Source: Mytilus edulis
Taxonomy: Eukaryota
Assembly (NCBI RefSeq): GCF_963676685.1
Contig: NC_092354.1
Span: 71,796,001 to 71,860,000 of the forward strand
Direction of reading: 5' to 3'
Length of the DNA stretch: 64,000 nucleotides
Program-made: the position numbers and the translations under genes
The notes under the pieces: generated by a model
Told to the model about the DNA's origin: nothing
Databases searched by the model: none
Seen by the model: the letters and a program-made list of their open reading frames with translations, nothing else
Part shown: positions 50,401 to 62,106 of the stretch, piece after piece
Numbering within the stretch: the stretch's first letter is position 1
Layout: every line of letters begins with the position of its first letter

Positions 50401-53400
50401 TTTTATAGTGCAGATACCTGGAGACTAACAGCAGGGGTACAACATAAAATCCAGGTTTTTATCAACAAATGCCTGCGCCAAATTTGTAAATTTTGGTGGC
50501 CAGAAACCATTAGTAACAAATGCTTATGGGAAAGAACCAACCAGGAACCAGCAACTAAACAGCTAAAGAGGAGAACTTGGCAATGGATTGGGCACACTTT
50601 GAGGAAACCTGTAGGTACCATCACTAGACAGGCATTATAATGTAATCCCCAAGGACATCAGAGACCGGGAAGACAATTTCACAGCTGGAGAAGATCAAGG
50701 CACAAGGAGCTAGAGGAAATTGGATATACCTGGACAGAAGCAAAAAGGATAGCCCAAAATAGAGTAAGATGGAAAGCGACTGTAGCAGCCCTATGTTCCA
50801 CAAGGAACGAAGAGGATTAAGTCAAGTAAGTCATGTTAATATCATACTTATGTCTTTCAAGGTTAAACATGTAACATGTTAATATCATACTTATGTCTTT
50901 CAAGGTTATACAAAGACGAAAGGAAGGGAATACAAATTTTTATCGAGGATGGCAAGACTATAAAATTGGTTTTGGTGACCAAACAGAAGAATTCTGGTTA
51001 GGTATATAATTGATACCGCTAATGCTAACATTAACAAATAAGCGGTACTGGTTTTTTTATAATTTAGATTGGAAGTTAAAAGTCATTCAATACTAAGTCA
51101 AAACAGTTTGCATGAAGCATTTTCATTATTTACAGACTAACTTACAGTTACTTGAATGGAGAGTTGTCTCATTGGCACTCATACCACATCTTCCTATATC
51201 TATATAATAGTAAATAGTTATCAAAGGTACCAGGATTATAATTTAGTACGCCAGACGCGCGTTTCGTCTACATAAGACTCATCAGTGACGCTCATATCAA
51301 AATATTTATAAAGCCAAATTTAGTGAATCATAAAATGATTAAAACATTATTCTTTTTTATAGCTTGTGATATATTGTTCAAATGTTTTCTAGGTAACGAG
51401 AAGATTCACAAACTAACGACAGGAGAACGATATCAGCTACGAATTGAACTACAGGACTGGAATAATGACACAAAATATGCTTTATATAATACTTTTAATT
51501 TGGGAAACGAAGCTTCAGGTTATAAACTGACAATCGGAGGTTACAGTGGTACTGCAGGTATGTAGGGAATTCATGGCAAAATTATTAAATGTAATTGTAC
51601 TTATTATCAAATTTGATGCGACTATCATATAAGTCAGAGGTTTAGCTAGCTATAAAACCAGGTTTAATCCACCATTTTCTTCATTAAAAAATGCCTGTAC
51701 CAAGTCAGGAATATGACAGTTGTTATCCATTTAATTAGGGATTTTCCTTTATGAATTTTCAATTGAACAGGAAGACGGGATTAAGTATTAGTGTGATTTT
51801 ACTTTTTCCAATATTGCAACTTGACATTTACTTAAACGCATCATTATATTAAATAGCATTTATTTCCGTGCTATTTTTGTTTTAGAATCTCTAATACTAA
51901 ATAAGACCACCTGTTTTAGCGTGTCGCCTTTCCAACCAAAAGATTGAATTACATGATTATTTGCCCTGATGCTATTGTGTACAGTATAATTTGTTATATG
52001 TACTTGTATTATCACGAATGAAATTGTTCGACTGTCCTGATTTAATGAGTCGTTTTTCAAGCTTCACCAGTAGTCTGTTTTATTAAGCTTTTCTGTTTGT
52101 CACGAATCTGTGTGTTAACTTTTACATACGGGGTAAATATCTCCCAATTGATACTTTATTCCCGTGCTTGTATTTTCTATCATGATTTGCTTGATAAAGT
52201 GTTGCTGCTCACAAGGAAGCTATTAAACCAAGAGTTCCAAATGGTGAAGTTGAAATCATCTCTTCGTATATTTTACGGACGCCATCACACATTCACAGTT
52301 GATATGTTCCTTACGTCGTAACTACAATCCCCTACCCTTTCATGAATGTGACCTACCGAATTAGACTATTTACCGGATCTGTCATAACATGAGCAACACG
52401 AAGGGTGCCCCTTGTGGAGCAGGATCTGCTTACCCTTCCGGAGGCCCTGAGATCACCTCCGGTTTTTGGTGGGGTTTGTGTTGCTTATTCTTTAGTTTTC
52501 TATGTTATGTCATCATGTACTATTGTGTGTCTGATTTGTCTTTTTCGTTTTTAGCCATGGCGTTGTGAGTTTATTTTCGATTTATGAGTTTGACTGTCCC
52601 TCTGGTATCTTTCGTCCCTCTTTTATTGTAAAGTTAAGATTAAATGAAATATTCTGCCGAACATATTACACCCGTCATGTTGTTTGTGGTAAATAATATT
52701 TAATGAAAAAAAAAAACCAGAGGTTTGTTTACGACCATTGGAACATATCCGAAATCGTCTCACCCTGCGACACAGGTAAACCAACTAGTGATGGTTTCAA
52801 TTTACATTGCTAAGAGATGACTTAAGCTTTGCCGCTTGTACTTCTTAGCTTTATTGATATCAGGAACCCTTTTACACATAGAAATCTCTCTTTTCGTAGG
52901 CTGAAATAATCCAGTGTGTTGTGAACTTTTGTTCATGGTCAAACGTGAAGATAAGTAATAATGACAGCATCTTTTCATTCTTCCTTAGAAGCTCCTTGAA
53001 GACGCAAACCTCATATGAATAAACGAAATATGGTTTGGCGAGTATCATGTCCTATAAGGTTAAAGTGACGCCATCAATAGGTGGCACGTTATAGAAATTC
53101 TGTGTCGCAAAATGTGTACTCACCATTATCAACAAACTTGGTGCCACATGTTGAGCGAAATGAGAGATTTATGGAATGAGTTATTTTTTATTTAAAGCTA
53201 AAATCATTATTATTTATTTACTAAATTAACTTTATTCTTGCATTTACATTAACATAATGTGTATTCTTTAGGAGATTCTATGATATACAGCAATGGTGCC
53301 ACATTCGGTACAAAAGATGAAAATGCTTGTGCAAAATCAAAATTTGGGGCTTGGTGGTACAAAGGCTGCACACACTCTAATCTGAATGGGGAGTATCTTC

Positions 53401-53507
53401 GCGGGAAGACAACTGGACTCGCCTCATATAGAGGTGTGACATGGTACCACTGGACAGGAGTTAACCATTCACTTAAAAAATCTGAAATGATGATCCGAAA
53501 AATTTAG
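38496..53507 (+). CDS. Secreted fibrinogen-related protein (signal peptide, helical/coiled-coil region, fibrinogen C domain; ficolin/angiopoietin-like), ~359 aa
   Basis: Exons 38496-38853 ([17 protein letters not shown] plus helical region), 41514-41582 (GC donor G|GCAAGT), 42833-42987 (..[13 protein letters not shown]), 50905-51001 ([32 protein letters not shown]), 51393-51557 ([27 protein letters not shown]), 53272-53507 ([33 protein letters not shown]). Phases are compatible. The FReD exons are secure; the linkage of exons 1-2 is inferred. Confidence 0.85.
39805..40426. mobile_element. Kolobok-like foldback MITE in intron 1 of the fibrinogen-domain gene
   Basis: TIR GGTTCATCATAACA..TGTTATGATGAACC with TTAA on both sides; imperfect inverted arms extend ~200 bp. 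Confidence 0.8.
41680..42400 (+). repeat. Composite dispersed repeat containing a decayed hammerhead (41776-41825)
   Basis: GCGTCACT..TCTGGCGT stem-I arms as in the 51248-51291 ribozyme, but with a disrupted core. The segment AAAACCAGGTT..CCTGTACCAAGTCAG recurs at ~51650-51730. Confidence 0.55.
43020..43235. mobile_element. Tc1/mariner (pogo-type) MITE
   Basis: Imperfect TIR CC..TA..GCGGGTTATTTT / AAAATAACCCGCTATACGG with TA flanks; internal ATCGCCAAAAT repeats. Confidence 0.7.
45345..45440 (+). repeat. 43-bp repeat containing copies of the exon-4 splice acceptor (further units at ~49017-49053 and 50832-50908)
   Basis: Unit TGTCTTTCAAGGTTAAACATGTAACATGTTAATATCATACTTA. The last partial unit supplies the real acceptor TTTCAAG|GTTATA at 50904/50905. 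Confidence 0.85.
45441..45658 (+). ncRNA. HDV-like self-cleaving ribozyme fold at the 5' end of the RTE (slightly degenerate)
   Basis: P1 ATGTGCT 45441-47 / GGCACAC 45617-23; P2 TGCAAT 45598-603 / ATTGTA 45653-58; P3 GCC / GAC (one mismatch); L3 TCCACGC; P1.1 GG 45624-25; P4 CTAGGGT / ACCCTAG; J4/2 GCATA with C45649. Confidence 0.65.
45441..49015 (+). mobile_element. Full-length RTE-clade LINE (APE plus RT single ORF ~46021-49002 with two in-frame stops)
   Basis: EN motifs WNVRT, ILGISE, QCYAPT, MGDMNA, NQIDHI and SDHH; RT motifs [20 protein letters not shown] and DLDFADD; RTE C-terminus [23 protein letters not shown]. Stops at 46369 and 48766, no frameshift; (GTAA)n tail. Confidence 0.95.
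49058..50831 (+). mobile_element. 5'-truncated, frameshifted second copy of the same RTE family
   Basis: Aligns to 47243-49010 of the first copy; broken ORFs 49094-49366, 49470-50048 and 50005-50640; its own GTCAAGTAAGT tail. Confidence 0.93.
51248..51291 (-). ncRNA. Minimal type I hammerhead ribozyme (Penelope/retrozyme type)
   Basis: Minus strand: GCGTCA-CTGATGA-GTCT-TATGT-AGAC-GAA-ACGCGCGT-C-TGGCGT. Complete CUGAUGA/GAAA/GUC core, stem I GCGTCA:TGGCGT, stem II GTCT:AGAC, palindromic stem III ACGCGCGT. Confidence 0.88.
52125..52624 (+). mobile_element. Penelope-like retroelement 3' fragment
   Basis: Translation [39 protein letters not shown] resembles the C-terminal RT region of Penelope-like elements. 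The downstream non-coding part recurs at 17292, 23590, 30146 and 34465. Confidence 0.65.
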
Positions 53508-54444
53508 GTATGCCTATTGAAAGCTTTTTGTTGTTTTCTCAATGCAAGTGAAAAATATTTCACATATATTCAGGAGAAGAATACATTAAAAAATATAAAA
53601 AACACTTGGAAAACAGTTTCCTTTGCAAATTTAAAATGTCAAATACGGTTTAATTCCCCATGATAAGATACGACTCGTACTTATACACCACCGAAATCAA
53701 AACTCTAAAGCACAAACGTGAAGGGGATACAACCTCTTGTCACTGGAGTACCCTCATCTAAATGTCTTTATTATATGGTTGATAATCTAATTTTGAATAT
53801 ACATGTATCAAGTTTCACCTGTTGCAACACCGTATTTACATTACTAAATTGGTTATTTCACAAAAAGTCACCTACAATTAGTAAAAATAACCTTTTTTAC
53901 ATAAAATTACTTGTTGAGTGACTTTAACACTAACACTAATATAATATTTATAATGCACCTATCTGTTTTTATTATCATCAGTTTCCAATAATCTTGCTTA
54001 ATTCTAACCAAGCATAATATCATAACAAGTCATACAGTTGCTTATATTACGGCCATCTGTGATACGATGTTCCAGAGCTTGCATTTACTTTCATGTTTTT
54101 TTTATAGAGGCTTGCTGCTGAAAAGAACGTCTCGTCCTTTTCTAAAAAGGAAGGTACCAAGACTGTCACAGTGATTATCTGCACAAACAATACACGATGG
54201 TCTTGAAATATAGATTCTCGGTACGGACGTTGTTTATAATCATAATACCGTGTTATTGTATCCTGTTATTTGTCTTAATGCATATTGCTTTTACTGTTTA
54301 GTCTATGTTTGGTGGTATGCATTTGACGTGGCATTGTACTTTTACATCCCGTTATTGTTCTATGACAATTTTTGTCTTTCATTTTTGTCAATATGTCTTT
54401 TTGTATTTCTTTGTTATATAAAACGATCGATTTAGATCGATACA

Positions 54445-55022
54445 TGATATCAAATTTAAAAAAATTAGAATAAGCAATAGACACTGTAAATTACCTTTGG
54501 AAAAGAGATTATGTCCCCCTCTGTAAAATGGAGGTAAAAGATGAATATAATTTTGCTTTAAAATGTTAAATTTTAGAAGAATGTAGGCAAAAACGTTTTC
54601 AGGAAGTAGAGAGTATAGTTCCAGATTTCATTAAAATGTCTGATGAGCAAAAATTTGCAATTATGTTTACATTTAATCAGTATGACGAAACAATAATTAT
54701 TTTCAAGGTCGTTAATAATTTATATGTTTTAAGAAATAGCGCTAGCCTAGCTGATAAGAAATGTCAACGTAGCAAAGTTATGACAATTTTTTCGTATATT
54801 ATTTGTTATGGTATATTTTATGACAATTGCATTATGAATGTTTGTACTTGTACTTTCAAATTTGCAAAAGTATCACCTCCTCCAAAACATCTAAATATAG
54901 TCTTATAGAATATGAATGTTGTTTAAATTGAGATATTGTATGTTTGTAATGATTGTCATGTTTGTCTTGGTAACAATCCAATATTTGGATTTTACACCAA
55001 TAAAATGATTTGATTTGATTTA
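54445..55022 (+). mobile_element. Degraded 3' end of a LINE
   Basis: Remnant of the C-terminal Cys domain (PLCKMEVKDEYNFALKC); AATAAA followed by an (ATTTG)n tail at ~54999-55021. Confidence 0.6.
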
Positions 55023-55176
55023 TAACGTGTACTGAACTTATATGTCGTGTCATTGTGTTATCTATGATAATATTGGTATTATTGGGGGTGGGGAAGGGGC
55101 AGAGTGGGGTTGGGGTTGTTTCATTCTTATGTTTCAGAAAATTGGATAGTACAAGAACCAGTAAAAGGCTTGTTGT

Positions 55177-56377
55177 TATTGCAAGCCGTTCTCGTCAAAA
55201 CTATGTTTAAACCCTTTTTTCGAAAAAAATACACACTGAGATTTAAAAACCTAAAATAACACACAGAGAAATCGAAATTACACACTGAGATTTAAAAAAA
55301 TAAAAAACACACACTGAGAATTCAAAATTACACACTGAGATTTAATAAAACACACTGAGATGAAATAAATTGAAAAACACACACTGAGAATTGTTAATTA
55401 CACACTGAAATTTCAAAAATACACACTGAGATTAATATGTAAATTACTAATGAATATTCATGAGATGAATAATTCAACAGATTAATATCTTGATCTCAAG
55501 AACTCTTGTCATTATAATGAAATGCGATTCCTTCAACCAACATTCGTAATAAATTTCAAGACTTAACATTGTCATATTCATAAGTTTGTTGCCTATAATT
55601 CAGATCATTACTACCAGTAATTAAACATGTGTCCCTTTTCTGATTTCGCTAGTTAATCTTTTATATTTTTGTTACGTTTATATGCTATAATAGACACTTG
55701 AGTAAAAATTTCACTGCATTTTTTTGCAGATTGTTCCAATGTTTTCTTATAATTTTAATAAAGTTTTTCACCATTTGGTTATATTTTGTAATAAGAGTAA
55801 GTGGGTATTTTTCTTGTTCTTGTATTTCTAAAGTTTTTTTATTAATAATTTGGAACTAAATCGAAAGACTAACGAGTTCTGTCCCCTTGTTGTTTTAAGC
55901 TTGTAATAGATTCAGATTAAGTATGCTAATTAGATATGTGCGCTTAAAAAGTGCGCACAAATCTCAGTGTGTAATTTTAAATTCTCAGTGTGTAATTTTA
56001 AATTCTCAATGTGTAATTTCAAATTCTCAGTGTGTGTTTTCAGTTTATTTATTCTCAGTGTGTCTTTTTGAAATCTCAGTGTGTAATTTTCAATTCTCAG
56101 TGTGTTATTTTCCAATTCTCAGTGTGTAATTTTCAATTCTCAGTGTGTAATTTTCAATTCTCAGTGTGCGTTTTTCATTTTTGTAATCTCAGTGCGTCTT
56201 TATGAAATCTCAGTGTGTAATTCTCAGTGTGTAATTTTCAATTCTCAGTGTGTAATTTTCAATTCTCAGTGTGCGTTTTGAAGTTTTTAAATCTCAGTGT
56301 CCTTTGTTGTAATTCTCAGTGTGTAAATTTTTCGAAAAATAGTTTAAACATAGTTTTGACGAGAACGGCTTGCCATA
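55177..56377. mobile_element. IS3EU-type non-autonomous foldback element
   Basis: TIR TAT(T/G)GCAAGCCGTTCTCGTCAAAACTATGTTTAAAC; 6-bp target duplication TGTTGT (55171-76 and 56378-83); inverted subterminal arrays of ~21-bp ACACACTGAGA units. TAY..RTA termini with a 6-bp TSD fit IS3EU. Confidence 0.8.
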
Positions 56378-57229
56378 TGTTGTTTAATTATCGCAAAATG
56401 TTTGACCTTTGATTTTGATTTCACGGAATATCTTTTACGATCAAGCAAAACAGTAAGAAGGGATTTAAGCTTAAGCTTTCAAATTATATACAATACTGCC
56501 GTGTGCTAGATGAGATCATTAAATCCTTAATAAAGAGGCTTTTCGAAAAACGTCACAGTACCCAAATTGCACCTATTTAGATTTTTTTTTATAATATTAC
56601 ACGTTTTTTTCAGAGACTAAACAATTTGTATTTTTATGATGATTATGCACGTCTTTCAACAAACTTTCGCAGTGTATATCAACACATGCATATTCGCTGA
56701 AAAAGGTAGAGTCTATTGAAACGTGTCCAAGCGACGCACACAAAAAGTCATCTTTTATAAATGAGCAAATGAAATATGTTACAAGCAATAATTTCTTAAA
56801 AAACCAAATAGTAAGCATTGATTAATATCAAATTGTTCTGAAAAGCGATGTTTATGGATTTGAATTTAAGCATGGATGCAATTTGGTCTTCTCCTCATTA
56901 CAAAATCATGGTTTGTTAAGATGTCGGTTTAAAACCATTTTTCAATTGTTAAGTTTGGATTTTTAAATACAAAGGCGGAATTATATATTAAAAAAGAAAT
57001 AAAGAAAATAGGTACTATTTGGGTATACCCTCACGTTAGTTACTGTAGTCAATGAACTTGATTTGTGACCAGAAAGAAAGATACCGTCCGATAGGGTTGA
57101 TGTTTAATACCATAAGCATGATAAGAAAAGTATATTAAATTGTGAAAACACCACCATAGTACTTTATGACAAAGGCACTTTAGTAATCTTTATTTGAGTA
57201 TAATTTGGGTTTGTTATTTTAATTTATTA

Positions 57230-60200
57230 GCAGTCGCAGACAAGGACGAGTAAATCAATTCGTTCCAATTAAGAAGATAAGATTTTGATCGATATGCGCA
57301 TGTGTGAACAGTATGGACGTTATTTTTTTTTGGCTCGTTAAAAATTAACGAAATTAATAGAAATGAACTTTAAAATTATATTGTGAGATTTTATTCTTGT
57401 GAATATACGAATGAACTGACTTGTGATACTGTATGAATCAAAAAAAGGATGGATTTGGGACTCGAAAAAGGAAGAATTCGAAGGATCAAAATATCAGCGG
57501 TGAGAAACCTCAAAAACAAAAACAAACAAAAAAGAGTAGTACTCACAAAGTTAAAAATGTAAATAAACAATCGGCAGCAGTACAAAACAAAATAGATCCT
57601 ATATTACCTTCTGCTTCTACTATGACCTCTTATGACTCTTGTCAAATGATACAGGGAAAACAAAACATGCAGCACTTTATTCAGCCTCAACAAAATTTCG
57701 CATCTCCAGTTTTTCAACAGATGTCTCCTATGTCAGGATATTATCCCGTACCCTCTCAGAGCCCGAGTCACTCGATGCCCCCGCCAATTATGCAATCCAC
57801 TTTAAATCAAGGCAGCGAATCCGGTGATAAAATAGACTTTTTGGTTCAGAAAGTTGAAGAAATATTTAAAAAACTGTCAAGTATTGATGAATTAACCAAA
57901 AAGATTGGAAATTTTGAGATCAGTGTTAAAAGTTTGACAAAAACTGTTGAGAAAGGTTCAAAACGAATTGATGAAGTTTAAAAAAGTATGGAGTTTATGA
58001 ACCAAAATTTTGAAAGTAGTAAATCTGAAAGTGAATATCTTAAAACAACAATCACAGAAATTAAAAGTGAACACGGTGAAATGATTAACGGTTTCGATTG
58101 TCTGAGGGCTGATATGGACGAATTACATGAGCGACATGTAGACTTACAAATAAGGTCTATGAGGGAAAACCTTGTGTTCTCGGGTATACCAGAACTTTCC
58201 GAAAATGAACCATCAGAGCAAACTGAAGACATTATAAAAGACTTTATGAAAACAAATATGAAAATGGATATTGTAATGGACTTTCAGCGCGCACATAGAT
58301 TTGGAAAAAAAAAATACAAATTAAAATAGACGACAGAGACACTTATATGACCAGACCAATAGTGTGCAGATTTAAAAATTTCAAAGATCGCGAATTAGTC
58401 AGATCTTTTGCGCGAAACCTCAAAGATACCAAATTTGGGGTGAATGAACAGTTCCCGAAAGAGGTTAATGACCGCCGCAAACTTCTCTGGCCATATTATA
58501 AGGAGGCAAAAAAACAAGGACAGAAGACGCACTTCAAACGAGACAAGCTGTTTATTAACGGCAAAGAAATTGGACCACCTACCGATCGTCACATGGAAAC
58601 AGACAACAGACAAAAAGAAACAGAAGGCGCACGACAGAAAGAACCATCCCACAGTGGTCCTCAACAGAACAACGACCGTCCCCGTGGAGCCCCTCGTAGA
58701 CGCGGAAAACATAGCTAGGTAAACCGTGGAGGTTTAACGGACACTTTTATTGACAGTTTAAATCATTCAGATGGAACTAACTCTCACATTAACACTAGTA
58801 TTAATTATAATCATGTAAATAAAGATATTGTTCATCTATTGTCATTAAATGTTTGTGGATTAAAACGGAAACTACTGTATCAAGAATTTAGAGATTTATT
58901 AAAATGTAATGATTTATTATGTCTTACTGAAACAAAATTGGACGATTTAGATGAAATTAATTTTGAAGATTTTACATTTCATTATAAAAACAGGAAAAAA
59001 AAAATTTACTAGCTTTAGATCAGGTGGGATAGCTTTAGGCTATAGATCACAGTATGCAAAATTTATTCATTGTATAGAAACCGATTGTCCTTTTGTTTTA
59101 TGGTTTAGAGTAGATAGAATATTATTTAGAACTGAAGATGATATAATAATGGGTATAGTGTATATGTAACAAAAAATATGTTCCGGCGTGACATTTGTTC
59201 CGCTGGAACAAATTTCATAGGAAATATGTTCCGCCGGAACTTATATCACAGAAAATATGTTCCAGCACTGTAAAATTTGTTCCGGAACTAATTTTTTAGA
59301 CCAAATATGAAATAAGTTCCTGAACAAATATCATAGCTCCATGAATTTTGTTCCAGTTAATATTAAACGTTTTAAATAAGTTCCTGTGATATTAGTTTAA
59401 GACCAATATGTGCATATTTCAAAGAAATCAATGAATAAGTTCTTCTCAAACCTATTTTCACTGAAATAAGTACCTTTGCAACGTATTGCACAGCGAAACA
59501 TTTTCTTGTTACACTTAAATTATAAAGCAAGCTAAATGCTGTACTGAGTGTGCTGGCATGGGATACATGTGCCGTGAATTGTAGGCATGACTACAAAGTT
59601 CTACAGGATAAAGTGATGGTAATTTATCATAATTTGTATCTATGTTTTATGTAGTATTCCTCCTTGGTTCCTGTTAACTGTCATGGCCCTGTTTCTAGTC
59701 ATACATGTACTTGTCATGGAACAGTTTCAAAAGAGTGTGTCTTTTGTTTCTTCATGTCTTTTGGAATCATTAATCAGTTATTTTGTCCTTTTTAAATTAG
59801 TTCATATGTTCATGTTCATCTTTGACTTTATTTTTTTCTGAAAGATTTTTCTTATCCTTATACTCTTTTCTGGCTCAAAGTGGGACTGTCATTTTGATAT
59901 TTTTTTACGTTTATAATTAAACATTTGCTATAGTCCACAAGATTCTTATTGGATGATTTACATTTTTCATTTATTATACATGTATTATCAATATATTATA
60001 CTTATTTTTATAATGCACTTGAATGATAACTTTAAACTCATTGATGACAAATGTTCAGTATATAAGATAACCTGTTTAACCAGTGGAACATATTTCACAG
60101 ACTAGGAACTTATTTTACCAGGTGAGGAACAAATTTCACAAACCCAGAACTTATTTCACCAGGTAAGGAACAAATCTCATAAACCTGGAACCTATTTCAC

Positions 60201-61767
60201 TAGGTAAGGAACAAATTTCACCAACCCGGTACTTATTTCACCAGGTAAAGTGTGGAACTTATTTCATAGAGATGGAACAAATTATATTGAAATTATCTAT
60301 GAAAAAAGTTCTCCCAGAACATATTTCCTGTGATATTAGTTCCACTGGAACTTTTTTCACAGGAACAAATTTTGGCTCACATATATCCCGCCTGAAAATA
60401 CTCGTTATACGTCTGAAAATGCGATGTCAGAAATTGAAATTGAATTTCTTGAATTACAAAAGAATAGTAACTGTATTTTTCTTCTTGGTGATTTCAATAG
60501 TCGTACTGCAAATGAACAAGATTTTTTTAATACATCTGATTTCGAAGAACATTTAACCGAATTTATAGATGTAAATGAGTTTAATGACATTCATGTCTTA
60601 GACGATCTTAAGATACCAAGAATACGTAATAGTTCTGATACTGTTGTCAATTCATATGGAAGAAAATTAATTCAATTTTGTAAAAATAATAACATGTATA
60701 TTTTAAACGGAAGAGTCGGTAAAGACCGAGTACTTGGTAAACCAACAAGTCGAAGTATTAGTGTAGTAGATTATATTTTATGTACTGCTAATATTTTATG
60801 TAAAGTAGATGATTTTAAAGTTTCTGATTTTTGTAATTTATTCTCAGATATACACGCTCCTTTGTGCTTGTCTTTAACTGTAAATGGTTGTAATGCTACA
60901 CAAGGTGAAAGCGAAGTAATTACTGACAAAAATGTACACATTGGTAAATGGAAACACGAAAAGACAATTGAATACAAAAACAACATTGATGTTGATAAAG
61001 TAAACGAATTATTGTTAAATGTAATGTCTAAATATGATGATATAAGTTCAGTTGATCAAGCTACTGTAGATAGTATTGTAAGTGATATTACGACTGTATT
61101 ATTGAGTGCAGCAAAAGACACTTTTGGGGTATTTACTAAAAATTCAAAAAACATTGGCGGGGAAGGGAATTTTTCAAACAAAGATTGGTTTAATAAAGAC
61201 TGTAAAAAGGTTAGACAAGAATTTCGAAAAAGCAGAAGACTTTATAAACACTATGGCTCGAATTTATTTAAAGAAAGACTTCGACAGTCAGAAAAACATT
61301 ACAAAAAGGTCATGGACGAGAATATTAAAAAATATAACGAAAACTTGCGCACTAAGATGAGAAATATGCGATTCAAAAACCCCAGGGAATTTTGGAAAAT
61401 TTGGAATAAAGTCAAACATAAAAACAATTGTAATATCACCACTGAGTCATTGTTTACTTTTTTTAAAGATATAAACAAAAATAAGTATGAAGGAGATACT
61501 TATGATATTAACAATGATGTTGGTCAAGAATCTTCAAATTCTATGTTAAATGAAAGTATTACAGCTGAAGAAATATTAAAAGCTATAAAACATATAAAAA
61601 ATAATAAATCGTCGGGTGACGATATGATTGTTAATGAATACATTTCCTCGTCTATTGATTGTATGATTGATATTTATGTGTATATTTTTAATATTATTTT
61701 TGATTCGGGTATTTTACCCGAGGCATGGATTATAGGTAATGTCATACCAGTCTTTAAGAACAAAGGT
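57230..61767 (+). mobile_element. Disrupted two-ORF LINE (L1-type coiled-coil/RRM ORF1; APE plus start of RT), interrupted by two insertions
   Basis: ORF1 57433-58718 with a stop at 57979 and a frameshift at ~58310 (RSMRENLVFSGIPE, RAHRFG, RPIVCRF, VNEQFP, DKLFING). ORF2 motifs LSLNVCG, CLTETK, SGGIA, VYIPP, GDFNSR and VVDY, up to IPVFKNKG. 5' boundary approximate. Confidence 0.88.
59165..60381. mobile_element. Ginger-type non-autonomous foldback element inserted in the LINE endonuclease
   Basis: TGT..ACA termini, 4-bp TATA target duplication (59161-64 and 60382-85), inverted subterminal ~21-bp GGAAC/GTTCC arrays. Removing it restores GTG TAT ATC CCG CCT (VYIPP) in frame with ORF 60424. Confidence 0.85.
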
Positions 61768-62106
61768 AGATATAGGAGAGGAATACGAATGTAAGATGGA
61801 GGCGTAAAATTTTTCGCTCCTCAGATAAGTCAATTATTTGCTATATATGATGTATAATTATGGATAATTCGTAGATGCTTCAATTTATGCTTAGTTGTGG
61901 GACCTTCCGCCCGGATAATTTATCTGATTTAATAATAGAAAATGACATTTTCAGATCTATTTTTTTAAACTTGTGTGATATTATCTTCCATTCATAACAT
62001 ACGTAAAATCTAGAGACCATACCTGTAACCCGGGGGTATTGAATATCAAACTGAACTGTAGTCAAGTGTCGCAAAGCAATTTGAGGCTCTATACGAGTGG
62101 ATAAAA

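Noticed and set aside
55923-56412. Repetitive ORFs (NSQCV, HTENLKL)
   Set aside because: Translations of the subterminal array of the foldback element.
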